DNA of 64,000 nt from NCBI RefSeq assembly GCF_009834535.1, contig NC_045696.1:75208001-75272000 (forward strand), read 5' to 3'. Each line of letters opens with the position of its first letter. Position 1 is the stretch's first letter. Shown piece by piece: positions 50,688-64,000 of this stretch. The DNA comes from Camelus ferus (taxonomy: Eukaryota). The notes below the pieces were generated by a model. The model was not told where the DNA came from, did no database searches, and saw only the letters and a program-made list of their open reading frames with translations. The translations under genes were made by a program, and so were the position numbers.

Positions 50688-53600
50688 TGTTTTTTGATAA
50701 ATATATAAATACTGCTTTATATATTTGAATTAAAGTATGAAAATAAGCACTGAAAGCAAATTGTTGAGAAGGAAAGTGGCCATTGTTTCTTTCAAGGAAC
50801 TTCTGTAAGTAATAAAAGGAAATGCAGCTGCAGTAGCTAGGGATAGCTGCCACTTGAGGACATTGGCTAGAATTGTCCATCATGAATCATGGAGCCAGAA
50901 AGATTGTTTCGGATGTTGGGGTGTATCCTAGATCTGGAGTTTACACAGCACTGGGGAAACAGGTTTATTGAGGGAGACTGGATGACAAAGCAACCTAAGC
51001 TAGCATTGTGACAAACATTTATGCTTTACGGGCTTTACCAAATGTAAACATCTACTTCCTGTTAACTGATGGGTTAAGCCTTCTGTCATCTGAGACTCAT
51101 AAGATCTTTGGAAGTTATTCTTCAGCCCATTATCTGATGCATCAATCCCTTTAGAATACTCTAAACAAGAAATTATCCAACTATTGGTTAAACTCTAGTG
51201 GTAGGGAACCCACTTTCTCTGGAGACAACCCCTCCAGTTGTTGGACATTTCTATTTAATGGAAAGTGTTTCCGTAGTATGAACTGGAATCTGTCTTCACA
51301 GCGTTCCACTATTGTTCCTGATTCTACACTCTGGATTGTTCTCCAGATGTTTTAGTGTAGCTGTATTATCCTGCCAGTACTTCTTCACTGTAAACTGCAT
51401 GTTTTCCTACTGTTCTTTATGTAACATGATCGCAATTTCTTATCTTATTTTAGTCACCTCCTCAGGCCATGTTGCGTTGATTAATGTCTCCCCTAAAGTA
51501 TCATGGACATAATAATACTAAAATTTGTTATTTAATACTGCTTTATATATTTGAATTAATTTAGTTGCCACAGAATTTTTAAACAACAGATACTCGTATC
51601 ATTCCTGTCTTCCTGATGAGGAAATTAAAGTATAAGAACATTAAATAGCTTGCCCAAAGTCACAGAGCAGGAAAGCAGAGGAGCCAGGATATGAATCCAG
51701 CAGCTGGCATTTAGAGGCTACACTCTTAAACAATGTAAAACTCTATTTTCCTGAATATAGTACTTCTAGTGTCATCTGATTAGTGTTGAGAATGGCAAAA
51801 CTGAAACTTCTTTCTATTTAGGTATCATGAGATCACATTAACATTCTTGGCTGGTATGTTTGATTGTGATACATACAGGAAATCCTATAATGCTGAAAAT
51901 TCCACACCAGATTCTAAAGTTCCACACTTGCCTTGCAGAAGCCATGCAGAGGTCCTGGGCTGTATCTTGAAGATGATACAGTCCTTTTATGCATTTTAAA
52001 AAACTTTATTTTGAAATCCATCACACATTTTTTAAGCAAGGGAGCAAGCAACATGATCATATTTATATATTTGAAATATTACTCTGAAGGTAGTGTTGAG
52101 GTTAAATTAGAGCAGGATGAAGTGATAAGCAGGAAATTAGATGGTGGTGGCAACAATCCAAGCAAGAGCCGAAGAAAGAAGGGACAACAGAGGAGGAAGA
52201 GATCCAGGCAGCGTTTGGAGATGTCAGGCCAGGATTTGGTGGCTAACTGATAGAAAGGCGACAAGGTGATGGAAAGAGGATGTAAAAACAATTTCCAGGT
52301 TTCTCACTGGAGACTGTGTAGATGGTGACAGCATTAACTGCAGTGGGGAATGTAGTGAAAGGACTGCTGCTCTGGGGCACGGGTGGGGTGAATGGATATG
52401 GGGGGGAGGTGAGGAGGGGTTGAGAAAGATAAAGAAAATGCCAAGTAAAACATCCTGGGGAGAGGGCTGTAGGCAGTGGATGTGTGCGGGGACTCAGAGG
52501 GAAGCGCCAGGTGTAGACAACACGCTGAGGTTTGGCTTTTGTTCTTGGGAGCCCCGGAGGATAAAGCCCCGGAGGATAAAGTCCCTGAGCTGCCCTTGAT
52601 GTCTTGCTGTGTCAAAACTCAAGCAAAATGATTCTAATTTTCTTTATCGCCTTGTCAGTTGTAAATGAATTTGCATTTACATAAGGAATAACATGTTTGA
52701 CAAGAGCCATATTCATCATTTCAAAATGTTCCCCCAAATACTCTAGCAGGGTGACCATTTAGTATAAATGATATATCTGACTATGGTAAGTGATAATCTC
52801 TCAAGAAGAAGAATTTCTATTTTAAGAAGCTGTTATTTTTAGTGTGAAATACAGGGCATTTAGGTTTCAGTAAAATAGGAGTTAAAGTTCTCTTTAATCT
52901 AATGTGTAAGTGTTATGTCATTCCTCCTCAACAACCTTTCTAAAAAAAAAGTATTCTCCTTTCCTTTATCTTTTAAATAGTTTCTGTGGGTTCTCATTTA
53001 TTGATGCATTCATTTATATAATATTTGTTCGGAACCTACTAGGTATCAGATAGCACACTAGATGTGAGGGATTAATTTACTGTTTTTGGCCAGCATCAGG
53101 AATGTGGGATGTCTTAAAAGAAATCAAGTACTTCAGCATAACAGTGAATTCGGTTAATTGGCAACGAATATTAATTGAACTTCTGATCATTTTTAATAGC
53201 CTGTTTTTTTCTCATGTGAATCACATATTAGCTCTTGCTCCAGAAAGAAAAAAAAAGTTATGATATGTCTCTAAACTTTGGATGCATTTCTGGAATCGGG
53301 CTGCAAATACTACCTGGCATAGGGAAAAGTAAGCCAGGTTGAGAAAGTAGTTCTATTACCTGCATTTGTATGAGGTTGGTTGTGGGAGACCTGTCAGCCT
53401 CTGGAAGTTGAAATCTTTTGTTACCTTAGAGAAGAGCTTCTAGTTAAAATAAGGTCAAAGAGGCAAGGAAAACAGTGAGATGGTAGATAGAAGAAACACA
53501 CATTTGACCTTTAACATTGCCCTAATTATTTAAATGACATATAAACTGTCAGGATAGTTTTGAGCTATTATCCCTACTGTCTGCTCATTTTGGATACATT

Positions 53601-53908
53601 CTTAATAACAATGGGAGGGAGAGGGGTGGTAAAGTTATCCTAAGTTTAAATGGAGAAAAAGGAAGTTCCTGCACTTCTAGGAGTAGTTCTTGCCCACACC
53701 TCTCCTGGAATATGAATGAGAGCAGAGGACTTTCAGCCCCATAGTGGATCAGAGTTCCTCTCTGTGTAATTTCTCACAGAGCCACTGTCTTACACCATCG
53801 GATTCCCTGAATCCCAGGTCTTTTCTTCCTTGGACCCTCCAGATCAGGCTGATTTCTCAAGACTGTGAGATAGAAAAAGGGGATCTATGGAACAGGGGCC
53901 TGAGACAT

Positions 53909-54274
53909 TGTTATGGACTGAATGTTTCTGTCCTCCTAAAACTCATAAGTTGAAATCCTAACCTCCAAGGTGATGGTATTAGGAGGTGGGGCACTTGAGA
54001 GGTGGTTAGGTCATGAGGTGGAGCCCTCATGAATGGGGTTAGTGTCCTTGCAGAAGAGACCCCAGAGAGCTTCCTCAGCTCTTCCACCACGTGGGGACAC
54101 AGTGAGAAGATGGCCCATCTGTGAATCAGGAAGCAGGTCCTCACCAGACATTGAATCTCTGGTGCCTCGATCTTGGAATTCCCAGCCTCTAGAACAGGGA
54201 GAAATAAATTTCTGTTCTTTATAAGCCACCCAGTGTGTGGTATTCTGTGATAGCAGCCTGCATGGACTAAGACA
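53909..54274 (+). mobile_element. MaLR solo LTR (MLT1A-like)
   Basis: tgttatggactgaatgtt...gttgaaatcctaacc...gagaaataaatttctgttctttataagccacccag...gactaagaca, with TG...CA termini. Confidence 0.9.
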
Positions 54275-55489
54275 GGCACAGGAAGTGCTCTGTAGATCTG
54301 CTTCTTACACTGCTCATCCTTACTTCTTTTACCTTCCATCTTCCCAAGGCTCAGTGTGAAGAGAGGTGTAGCAATGAAGGGTAGGTCTGTAACTGAAGCA
54401 AAAGATCCTGCCCTAGAAGAAGTTGAGTTAATATTTTTTAATAGAGGCACACTGAACATTTGCTCTGTAACTGAAGTGAAGATTTAATGACTTTCTCTCT
54501 GAAAATGAGAACAGGTGGGTGGGGAACTCCCTATCTCATGCAGCTCAGCAATTATTTCAGTGAAAGAAAATAAGGTATAACATTTTGGATGAATGTGCCT
54601 AGTGAAGTTGCAGAGTCCCCAAAGGGGAAATTGATCTGAAGAATGGATTAGTGAGAAGAGTGAGGAGGAAGAGGCAGTGAACATATATTGTGGTCATTTC
54701 CAAGACAAGCACATTCTCCTCACTGCATTTCAGTAATGATCACATTCTGGTGTAAGACTGTCCTGTTCTGTTAAAAATATATTTGGCTGAACAAAGGGGT
54801 GAAGCCTATTTGATTATTCTGAAGTCAGATTCAAAAAGGGAGGAAAAAGCAGCAGGCCTGATATAATTTTTTTACTACTACAAAGAAGTAATCACCTACG
54901 CAAATATGTAAGGGTCATATTGATTAGTAAGAAAGCAAAGAGTGGAGTAAATCACCAAGGATAAGTAAAAGAAAATAAGGAAATAAAATGTGTTCAGTAA
55001 GTATTAAGACTGGAAATCAGGAATCTCTAGGCCTTGAGCATTGGTAACAGAAAGAGAGGACTTGAAGCCTTTTCTCTTGCCCCTATTCCTCACTCAGAAG
55101 AGCTGGCATGACTGGTGGATCTGGAAGCCTGCCTGGGGCCTGAAGATACCCTTATCTATGTCAGCTTTCCCTCGTGCAAAGATTGAATATGCAAGGGCAA
55201 CCAGTAGCAATAAGTAATACCTTCTCTTTCTGAAATTGTCAGCAGAGCTCAGAGCTTTGAAATCTTTGAAGTGACAGAGGCAAATGGTGTGGCTGCCGCT
55301 GGCTTTGAGTTGCAAAGAAACCACAAGGGGAGTTCAGGGTGGACTAACTCCCTGATTGGGTGGGTACGAGATGGTAACTAAGGACCAAATTGATCTGAGA
55401 TGAAAAGCGATTATTACTGGTTAGATAAGACCCCTGACTACTCCTGTATGCTCTAGTTCTTTAAAACTTTCCTCAAATAAATCATTTTT

Positions 55490-56395
55490 TGGACAAATAT
55501 TTATTAAGCACCTATTACATACAAGTCATTGTTATCTGCATAAGAAAATTTAGCAGAGAATGAAACAGAGCCTTACAGAGATACTAAATTAAACCAGATG
55601 AAATCATAGATATTTGATCATTTTTGACCTATGCAAATGGTAATTTCACATGGTTCAACCTAGTACATTCAAGTGGAGACAAAGAGATAAGATAAATAAG
55701 ATTATATGTATATCATGTCAGTTGATGATAAGTGCCCGGGAGAATGTTCCACAGGGTAAGGTGGGTGATGCTGTGGGAGGAGGAGGATGATAACTTATAT
55801 ACAGCAGTCAAGGCAGCCTCGCTGAAAAACTGACATTTGATGAAGACTTGAAATGGTAAAGGATTTAGCCAGTGGTAAGAGGTAAGAGATTTCACATTCC
55901 AGGCAGGAGGATGTCAAGCAGAAGCATGCCGAGCTGATCCTGTACTACTGTTTTTGAGGAACAGCAAGGAGGCAAATGTTCACATGGCAAAGTGAGTTAG
56001 GGGGACGTGGCTGGAGGTGAGTTAGTGAGCTAGGAGGCAGCAGATCATGAAGGGGCCAGTAATCAGTGGGCAGGACTTGGCTTTGCTTTGAGTGACAAGG
56101 GGAGTCATTGCAGGACTTTGAGCATCGGAGAGACATGATTAATGTAGATTTTACTGGAATTGCTCTGCCTGCTGTGTTGAGAACAGACTGCAGAGGGCAA
56201 GGGTTGAAGCAGGGAGTCCTGTTTTGAGGTTGTAGAAACAGTCAAGACGAGATGATCGACTTGTGGAGCAGTACGGTAGCAGTGGCAGTGCTGAATATAT
56301 TTTGAGGGTAGAGCTGACAGGAATGACTGAGAGTTTATTGTATAGTGTGTGACAACAAGAGGAGGAAAGGATGAGTCTAAGATTAATCTGCAATT
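55490..56395 (-). mobile_element. L2 fragment
   Basis: caaatatttattaagcacctatt; tgacatttgatgaagacttgaa; tgaggaacagcaaggaggc; ggagtcattgcaggactttgagca. Confidence 0.75.
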
Positions 56396-58896
56396 TTGCT
56401 GTTATCAAGTAAACACATAAATTATCAAGCAAACAGATAATTATAATTTCATGAGTATTTCTGCTCTTAAAATCTCTGACTAGATCTTTGTGTAATTGTT
56501 TTTCCCAAGAGTAAGTGTCAGTTGCACTTACCCTGTGCTTTTAGGCATCTTTATTCATCTACCTGAAGAGTAATCTTGGTACCAACAACACATAAAGGCT
56601 AAGAGCCAAACAGACCTGGATTCTGACTCTGCCAATTAGCAGTGGTGGGGTATGTTTTCTGGAAGCTAGCAAAACCTACTTGGAGTGGTGGTTATGGTTA
56701 AATAACATAATGCATATAATGAGTCCAGCAATAAAAATTGTATGTAAATTTCAGTAATAATAACACATGTATGGCCACTACTGCTCTCTGTAACACCTTC
56801 ACATATTTTATCTTATTTTAACCTCTGGATCTTTTATGCTGAGAACAATTTTACAGTGGTTTGTTTTTTTAATGTTGGTAAAAATAATGATCAATCTGTC
56901 TCACAAATTTCACTAAAATTTTGGGATATTTATAAAGTATATAAAAGTAATGAAGTAAAAACTGTGGTAGGCTCTGTCTGGTTCCTGGCCTCTGCATAAT
57001 GCCTCCCTTAGTCCACCTTCTGGCCGCTCCTGACTTGAGGCAGCCTCTCCTGATCAGAACTTTGATGCTTAAGTGCCACTGATGCTCTGTCTCTTGAATT
57101 TCTAAGACATTAAAACTAGATTTCTGCCTTAATTGCTATCCCCCAATTCCTATAGATGTAACCTAAGTATTGTCTTTTGTTCCTGTGTGAGAACTGAGTA
57201 CCTGCCTTCTTCTTATCACAACCTCTCTCAACCTGGAGCTTGATTCTTGAATACCTTCCTGGTGACCAGGACCCTATAACTAGAGTAACCATAGGACTTG
57301 TTGCCTGAATTGGAACACCTCTGAGAGTGAATGGGGAATTATTAATAACTATGCAGGGACAGTCCTATCTTTAACTGTCTGGATTGGCACGGCGCAGTCC
57401 AATTTTTGCTGTTGTTTATTGGTACTTCCTTTCACTCTCAAATTGTCCCTGATTTGGACAATTAATTGTGTAACCCACTGGCTGAGTTACAGACAAGATG
57501 TTTTTCTGTTAAAGGCTAACTTTATCAGAGACTAAATTCCTATATAATACATGGATCTGTTTCTAAATTATACTCTGGTCCATTTATATAATTTTCTTAT
57601 TCTAGCATCAATAAAGTTTTGATAACTAGCTTTATGATATATTTTAGTATATGAGAGGACTAGTGCATCATTTTTTTTCCATTAAAAATTTCTTGGCTAT
57701 TCTTTAGTATTTATTCTTCCAGATAAGCTTTAGAAACAGCTTGCCAAATTACTGTTTTAAAAGACCTTAGGACTTTGATTGGAATTTCTCTGAATTTTCA
57801 GGTGAATTTGAGGAGAATCAACATTTTTACCAAATCAGATGTTTGTGTACTTCCTGCCTGGACTTCTGTGTATCATTGCTAACTGTGGATTTGTAATTCA
57901 CATGCTCTGTTCATGTTTGGGGGTATCCCACTGTTTGGATTTGTTGTCTCTCTCCATAGTTATTATTTTCACTACATACTGGATCTCATGCTTTGCACAA
58001 GCTGCACATCTTTAAGGGTCTTCATCTGGGTCAGACCCCATTTCTATCTGACCCCAGCAGGGGTCTTTTCCACTTTCACTGGTATAAGAACTGGTCATGC
58101 AGGGACAAACACAGGACATGATAAAAAGTACTTCCACTAAGCAGTGAAAGCTTTCCCTACTGTTAGTGAACCTAAAAATGCATTTATGGGAAAATAAATG
58201 CAATGGGAAAATAATGGTCAAAAAATCAAATGGTTCCAATGAATTCAAGGCAAATTCAAGGCCATACATACCAGGGGTGAAAAGCTAAATTGATAAGGCT
58301 GATTAAGGATGGTGCCTTTGGAAACTGAAGCAGTCTTAGCACTGCAAGCAGCAGGCTACTTTCCAACATTATCCTGCAGGTCTGTTTAAGGTTCACAGAT
58401 TGTGTACATGAAACTGTTTCTTCCTTGGAGGAGGGATCGGTGGTATTTGTTAGGTTTATTTTACTTTGCACATTAGATAGCCTTTCTGGGAAACTTTGGG
58501 TATTGCTGTCACTTTGCTGTTCAATGTTAGTACATCACTGGGAGTCCTTCCCTTTCAGGCTTCGCTCGTGGGAAAATAAGAGAAATGGGTGAAAATTAGA
58601 AACACTGAATTGATGATTCTGCCTTAGTTTTTCTCTTGCTCTGTGAGCTAGAGCTGGGGCTCTTTTATTATTCTCCTTGTTAATGCAAGGGGAATTAAGA
58701 CATAGGTCAGTGGGATAAGTGAGGAGAAATGCAGACCCGCTGCCTGAGCAGTACATGCTCATTGCCTCCCCCTAGTAAGGGCAGGGCTCCTTTATAGAAG
58801 TAAAATGGCAAAGCAGGTGTCCTGAGAGCGCTGCCTCTTGACCTTTTAAAATCCGTGTCTCCCACAGTGCTTTTCATTCTGTTTCTGACTAGTCTT

Positions 58897-59765
58897 GTGT
58901 GATACTGTGATTTATAATACAAAGTAGATACTTGGTTTTCATCCCCATTCTGGTGCAAGCATGTAAATCCCTTGGAATTTCCCAAGTGAGAGAGCAGTGA
59001 AAGTGTCTTTTTTATGTTAATGAGGTGATTTTTGGAAAGTACCTAAGGATGGGGCTGGTTGCCAACCTTGTGATTAGAGGGTTGGAAATTTCAGTCCTAC
59101 CCCCCAGACCTCAGGGAGAAGAGGGGGGCTGGAGGTTGGCTCAATTGCCAATGACCAATGATTTAATCGATCATGCCTATGTAATGAAGCCTCCATAAAA
59201 ACCCAAAAGAATGGAGTTTGGAGAACTTCCAGATTGGTGAACACATGGAGACTGGGGAAAGAGGTGTACCTGGAGAGGGCATGGAAGCTCCACACCCTTT
59301 CCCCATACTTTGCCCTATGTATCTCTTCCAACTGGCTATTCCTAAGTTATCTCCTTTTATAATAAACTGGTGATCTAGTAAGTAAAATGCTTCTTTGATG
59401 AATCTGCACCGGGGGTCTTGGGAACCTCTGATTTATAGCCAGTTGGACAGAAGTACAGGTGATAGCCTGAGTTTGCAATTGGAATCTGGATTGAGTTGCC
59501 AAAGAGGGGATCACTGGAACCTCCATCCAGTAGCTGGTCTGTCAGAAGCGCAGGTAATAGCCTAGGCTCACTAGTGGCCTCTGAAGGTGGGGGACAGTCT
59601 TGTAGGACTGAATTCTTAACCTGTGGAATCTGATGGTATCCTTGGGTCAATAGTGTCAGAATTGAGTTGAATTGTAGGACGCTTTACTGGTATCCAAGAA
59701 TTGCTTGGTGTTGTGTGGGAACCCCCCACCCCTCCCCCATGTGTAAATTGGGTCCAGGAACCAAA
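58897..59765 (+). mobile_element. MER21-like LTR
   Basis: tgtgatactgtgatttataat...gattagagggttggaaatttcag...caatgatttaatcgatcatgcctatgtaatgaagcctccataaaa...gatagtgtcagaattgagtt-like end. Confidence 0.75.
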
Positions 59766-60437
59766 AAGACCTTGCCAGCCAAGAAAATTCTGTCGAGTTT
59801 TACTTTCAATAATGTATATTACAGAAAAGAAAATAAAAAACCCTGAATATGGTGAATATGCTTTTTTTCAAACGATTTATATAGTAGTACTTCTTTGATT
59901 TGAGGTAACTGTTTAGAGTGCAGTATGTAGGATTCAAACTGCTCTGAAGATTTTATGGCTTTAAAAATCCTTAAGGGTGCTGAAATTTGCAAGATGGAAA
60001 AAATGGTGTCAAGTGTCCTGGGCTGGGATGTATGAGAGGATCTTAGTCTGTGGAGTTGGTGGAGAAGGACAGGAAGCAGAATCAGGCAGAAACTCATTAA
60101 CCAAGGCAGCACAGGGATTGGGGGAAACTGTAGCAGGGAAGCAGATGGCCCAGGCATCAAGGTTTGAGTTTCAGGACAGAGTAAGTGCTCAATAAAGAGT
60201 TGCTGAAAGAATCTCTGTATAAATTGTTCTGGGGGAATCAGTCTGTACTTAGATTTCTATCCCAATGCAGTGGATAATGGGAGAGGATATCCTCCCTGGG
60301 AAAAGAGACTTGGCAAAAGCTAGACTGGGCATCAGCCAAATTGAATGCAGACACTGCAGCCCATGGTTAGGCCAATGATCAGATCAAAGGAAAAAGTGTT
60401 TGGACAAAAGCCCTGCCTGATGGATTGGCCCCATATG

Positions 60438-60439
<2 letters not shown>

Positions 60440-60469
<30 letters not shown>
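60440..60469. repeat. (GT)n microsatellite
   Basis: Direct read. Confidence 0.95.
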
Positions 60470-60471
<2 letters not shown>

Positions 60472-63049
60472 GGGGTGCATCATCTCAGGGCTAAAGAGGC
60501 ACAAACCCACATACAACCTAGGCATTGGGTTGTAGATACCATTTTGGTCTTAACTGAGATTTTGTGGGTGAGGAGAGAGAGAGAAGGTGGATGGGGAACA
60601 GTGGTTCTAGTTGTGGTCTCTGATCCTAAATCTGAAAACCAAACCTAATCCCTGGTCCTATTCACACAAGGGTTGTAGATGGATGAAGAGGATCTTTGAG
60701 GCACTGGCTCCTTGTACAGTAAGTTCCCACCTTTAGCATCTCTTCAAGAGTTTTACATGAAGAATTACTTTTTAAGAGTTTGGCTTGTTTTTGTTTGTTT
60801 GTTTTTTTGCAACACATGGAAAGACATTGCTGAAGTAACAAAATATGAAAGTAAAATAACAAAATATGAAAATAAAATGACAATCCAAGATAAGAGTGCA
60901 GTTGTCACAAGATAGTTAAATTAATTGCCAAATCGTTTTCATAAAAAGTATTTTTCATAGGAATCTGGAAGAGGGAGATGTCTCTTTTTTTTCTGGAAAG
61001 CTGAGGGAAAATTTTATATGGGAGATGGGATTTGAGATGAATCTATGTTTCAGTAATATTTGGAGAGGCAGAGAGGAGTAGAGGTGCACAGAGATGGATG
61101 CAGAAAGGAAGAAAAGCATGAGGTGTATTGCAGGGATGGTGTATTGGAGAAGAGAGAAAGAAGGAGAGAGAAGGGGACAGAAGAAGGTAGAGTATAGAAT
61201 AGAATATTTGTGTAGGAAAGATAAGGAAAATTTGTCTTAGAATTGCCATCTTCTCAGTAGAAGTAGGAGAAAGGGCACTTAAACATGAGGAGAGCAGAGG
61301 TGGGACTGAGGGTTTGATGAACAGAGAGAAGGTGTAGGAGAGCAGTTTTTGAGGGGATTTCTCTGGGGACTAGGGAACAGACGAGTGATTAATAAGTCAT
61401 TGCCTAGTACAAAATCAGGAAGGATCCAATTTCAGCCTTGGGCCTCCAAACACACACGTACACACGCACAGACACACAACCAAGCAGATTCTAGCAGTGC
61501 TGCTCTAGAAGCCTGACTCTGGCATCTGTGAAGAGGAAGTAGGTTGGGGCTGTGGGAGGAGGATTGGTGACAGGTTGTGCAGGAGGCGAGCAGACCCCTG
61601 TTTACTAAAGTAAATGTCCTTTTCTAATCACATCTCTTGCTCTCTTTAGAAAAAATTAAAAAAGGTAGAATGTGAAAAGTCAGCAAGAAATGGGAGGCAG
61701 TTTTATTTTACAAAACAGAAAATGAGCAAGACTATGACAAGTCGCCTCTCAGCCCGTCTCGTAAAGAGGGGACGAGAGTAGTTGGCAGATGGCAGGCATC
61801 CTTTTCTAGCATACAGTGCTCAACGCTCCTGAGGGGCTGTAGTAGCCACAACAGTGCCCTTTAGGAAGAAAAGAGTGGACTCCAGGGGTCAACACCCAGT
61901 CTCACACTCTGGGATGATTGTTTCTTTGGTGACTACTTCACGAGAAGGCAAAGCCACCATTACCTGATGAACAAAGTATAATTTGTAAGCAGTCAAGAAC
62001 AATTTTAGTTGAATGTACGTACACTGTAATTTACTCAGGATTCCTGGACTTCATTATTCATTCCAGACGTGAAGGAGGGGCAATAAATATACTATTTCTT
62101 TTTCTTGCTGTTCTAAATTTAGTTTATTGTTCTCGTTGATTGATTTTCATAGGGTCACACGAAGTATTACAGCTAACTTACACTGGTTCAGTTATCTGAG
62201 TTAAATGACAGTTTAAACACCCTTTGCTTCTACTTCCATTTTATCCTGTGGCTAATACAATGGTGTGGGCCAGGAGAGAGATTTTATTCTTTGTTTGTTT
62301 GTTGTTAAAGTTTAGTTTCAATATATGCATATCATTCTGGGTTATGCAAACTCAGAAGAACTCCCATCATTGGTAACGTGGATTGCTCTTGCATTCATAC
62401 TAGTCTCATGATGATCTGTGTTGGGCATTAATACTCAAGATAGTTGCTCTGATCCTTGTCCCTTGACTCTAGGAGGTAATATGTTGTAATGGTCATGTAT
62501 TAAGGATGTCTGCTTTTTGGGTGGCAATTCATGAAAAATCAGTTTGTAATTCAGTGAGTTTATTTGCACAAAGATCCAAATATGCAAAATCATTTGTTTC
62601 TAACAAATGGGAGATTTTGTGTTTGATTGGCAAAATGGTAAGTGGTGTGATGAAAGAGCACTGGAATGTGAATCAAATAATGGGAAGTTAATTCTTCATT
62701 CACTGTCTAACCTTGATCATTTAGTTTTCTTGAGCCTTGGTTTCCTTACCTGTAAAATAATCCTAATCATGATTTGCATCTTATAATGGTCTCCTAGTTT
62801 AAAATAAGTTTCATATCTGTCACTCTATTTAAAAGTGACAATACCTTGTGAGTGTTGACTTAGTTACTATTAGTTTCATTTTTTTCAGATGATAAAACTG
62901 AGGTACTAAGGGGTTTTCCAAGTCATGCTGCTAGAAAATGGCAGAAGTGTAACATGACACACAGTGTCCTACTTCCAAAGAGATTTGTTCTACCATTCCA
63001 CGGTATGGTTTTTGGCTTGATTCCCTTACAAAAAATGGCTGAGAATCAA

Positions 63050-64000
63050 AAGGTATGATCTAGTCTTCCTCTCCACCTCAGCCACTGACTGTCATGATCA
63101 CACCCTAAATTTTATCATCACCAGTAACTGCATCATCTCAGAAATCTTGATTTTGAGCATCCTACTCCCTGGTCTATATGTTTTGAAGCTTATTTATTCC
63201 AAGATTCTCCCCAATAAATTTTTGATCTTAATGAGTCCCCTACCCAACCACTCTGTCTTTTTTCATTATCTGTAAACCTCTTACCTCTTCCCTTTATTTA
63301 CCTCTGTAATTACCTAAGTTGATTTCATGGTCTTTCACTGTATCTCCCCCTTGTAGGATTCCATAACTCCTTTGCCTCACTGTCCATTCATTGTATTTGT
63401 CAGACTAAACTCCAGCATTGGGTGAAAACAGCTATCCATCTTTTCTGTTCCTGTACAGTGACAACCAAACTTTTCTGAAGAAAATCACAAAGCCTGATAC
63501 AGTGGTTTTACATTAAATAATGACTAAATTTCAAATGGCATTCAACCACCACTTACAGATCCCTAGTGCATTCAGCTTGTTTCTCTTTGAAACAATTAAT
63601 TCAGAGCTTCACTTCTCTTGTCAAACAAACATCCCACAGTGTCTAGTTTCCTAACTGATGATCTTGCCTTTTCCACCACAGATCTATACACTTGCTGGCA
63701 TCTGTTTTCACTTCTGTTTTTCCTTGTGGGACACTTGCCCTGCTCCTATCCAAGATCTTACCCTTTATTGTCACTCAGGGTCCTTTTCTCTCCTATCTTG
63801 GAAATGATTTCTCTCCTTCAGTTATTCAGTCTCCTCTCTTCCTCTTACTTGATCAATGCAATCAGCAGGATTCTAGAATCCTCCATAAAAAAAAAAAAAA
63901 ACAACAAACCAAAAAATGTTTTCTTGATCCTGCATCTCCCATTAGTTACTTCTTTATTTTTCTGCTCATCTTCATAGCAAAACTTTTCAAAGGAGTCAAA
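63050..64000 (+). mobile_element. L2 ORF fragment
   Basis: Pyrimidine-rich L2 relics (catgatcacaccctaaattttatcatcacc, gactaaactccagcattgggtgaa, ctgatgatcttgcctttt). Confidence 0.6.

Noticed and set aside
52550..52581. 15-bp tandem duplication agccccggaggataa
   Set aside because: Common micro-duplication with no further structure.
53911..54459. 182-aa ORF, the longest in the track
   Set aside because: Mostly the antisense reading of an MLT1 LTR; no gene-like features.
49200..64000. KCNMB2 promoter or first exon
   Set aside because: No CpG island or recognisable first exon; it probably lies beyond the window.

Overview
Mammalian genomic DNA, most likely a camelid, judged by a young L1 3' end of camelid type and no recognisable Alu, Bov-A or PRE SINEs. 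It carries all four coding exons of KCNMB2 (BK channel beta-2 subunit) on the minus strand: 38390-38335, 22656-22486, 17069-16874 and 5702-5418, giving 708 nt / 235 aa with GT-AG introns. The first non-coding exon and promoter are not recognisable here. Most other ORFs in the track fall in repeats or intronic DNA (L1, L2, MIR, MER5, MER20, MLT1, MER21). The most unusual structure is a ~0.9 kb inverted duplicate (48279-49192) of 21697-22588, lying upstream of the ATG exon. It contains 103 nt of the TM1-coding exon, its 5' splice site and the end of a chimeric, TSD-flanked L1 insertion. The pre-mRNA could therefore fold back over the ATG exon and the TM1 exon. Those two exons total 294 nt and would form a stop-free circular reading frame if back-spliced. 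These functional consequences are inference and are untested.
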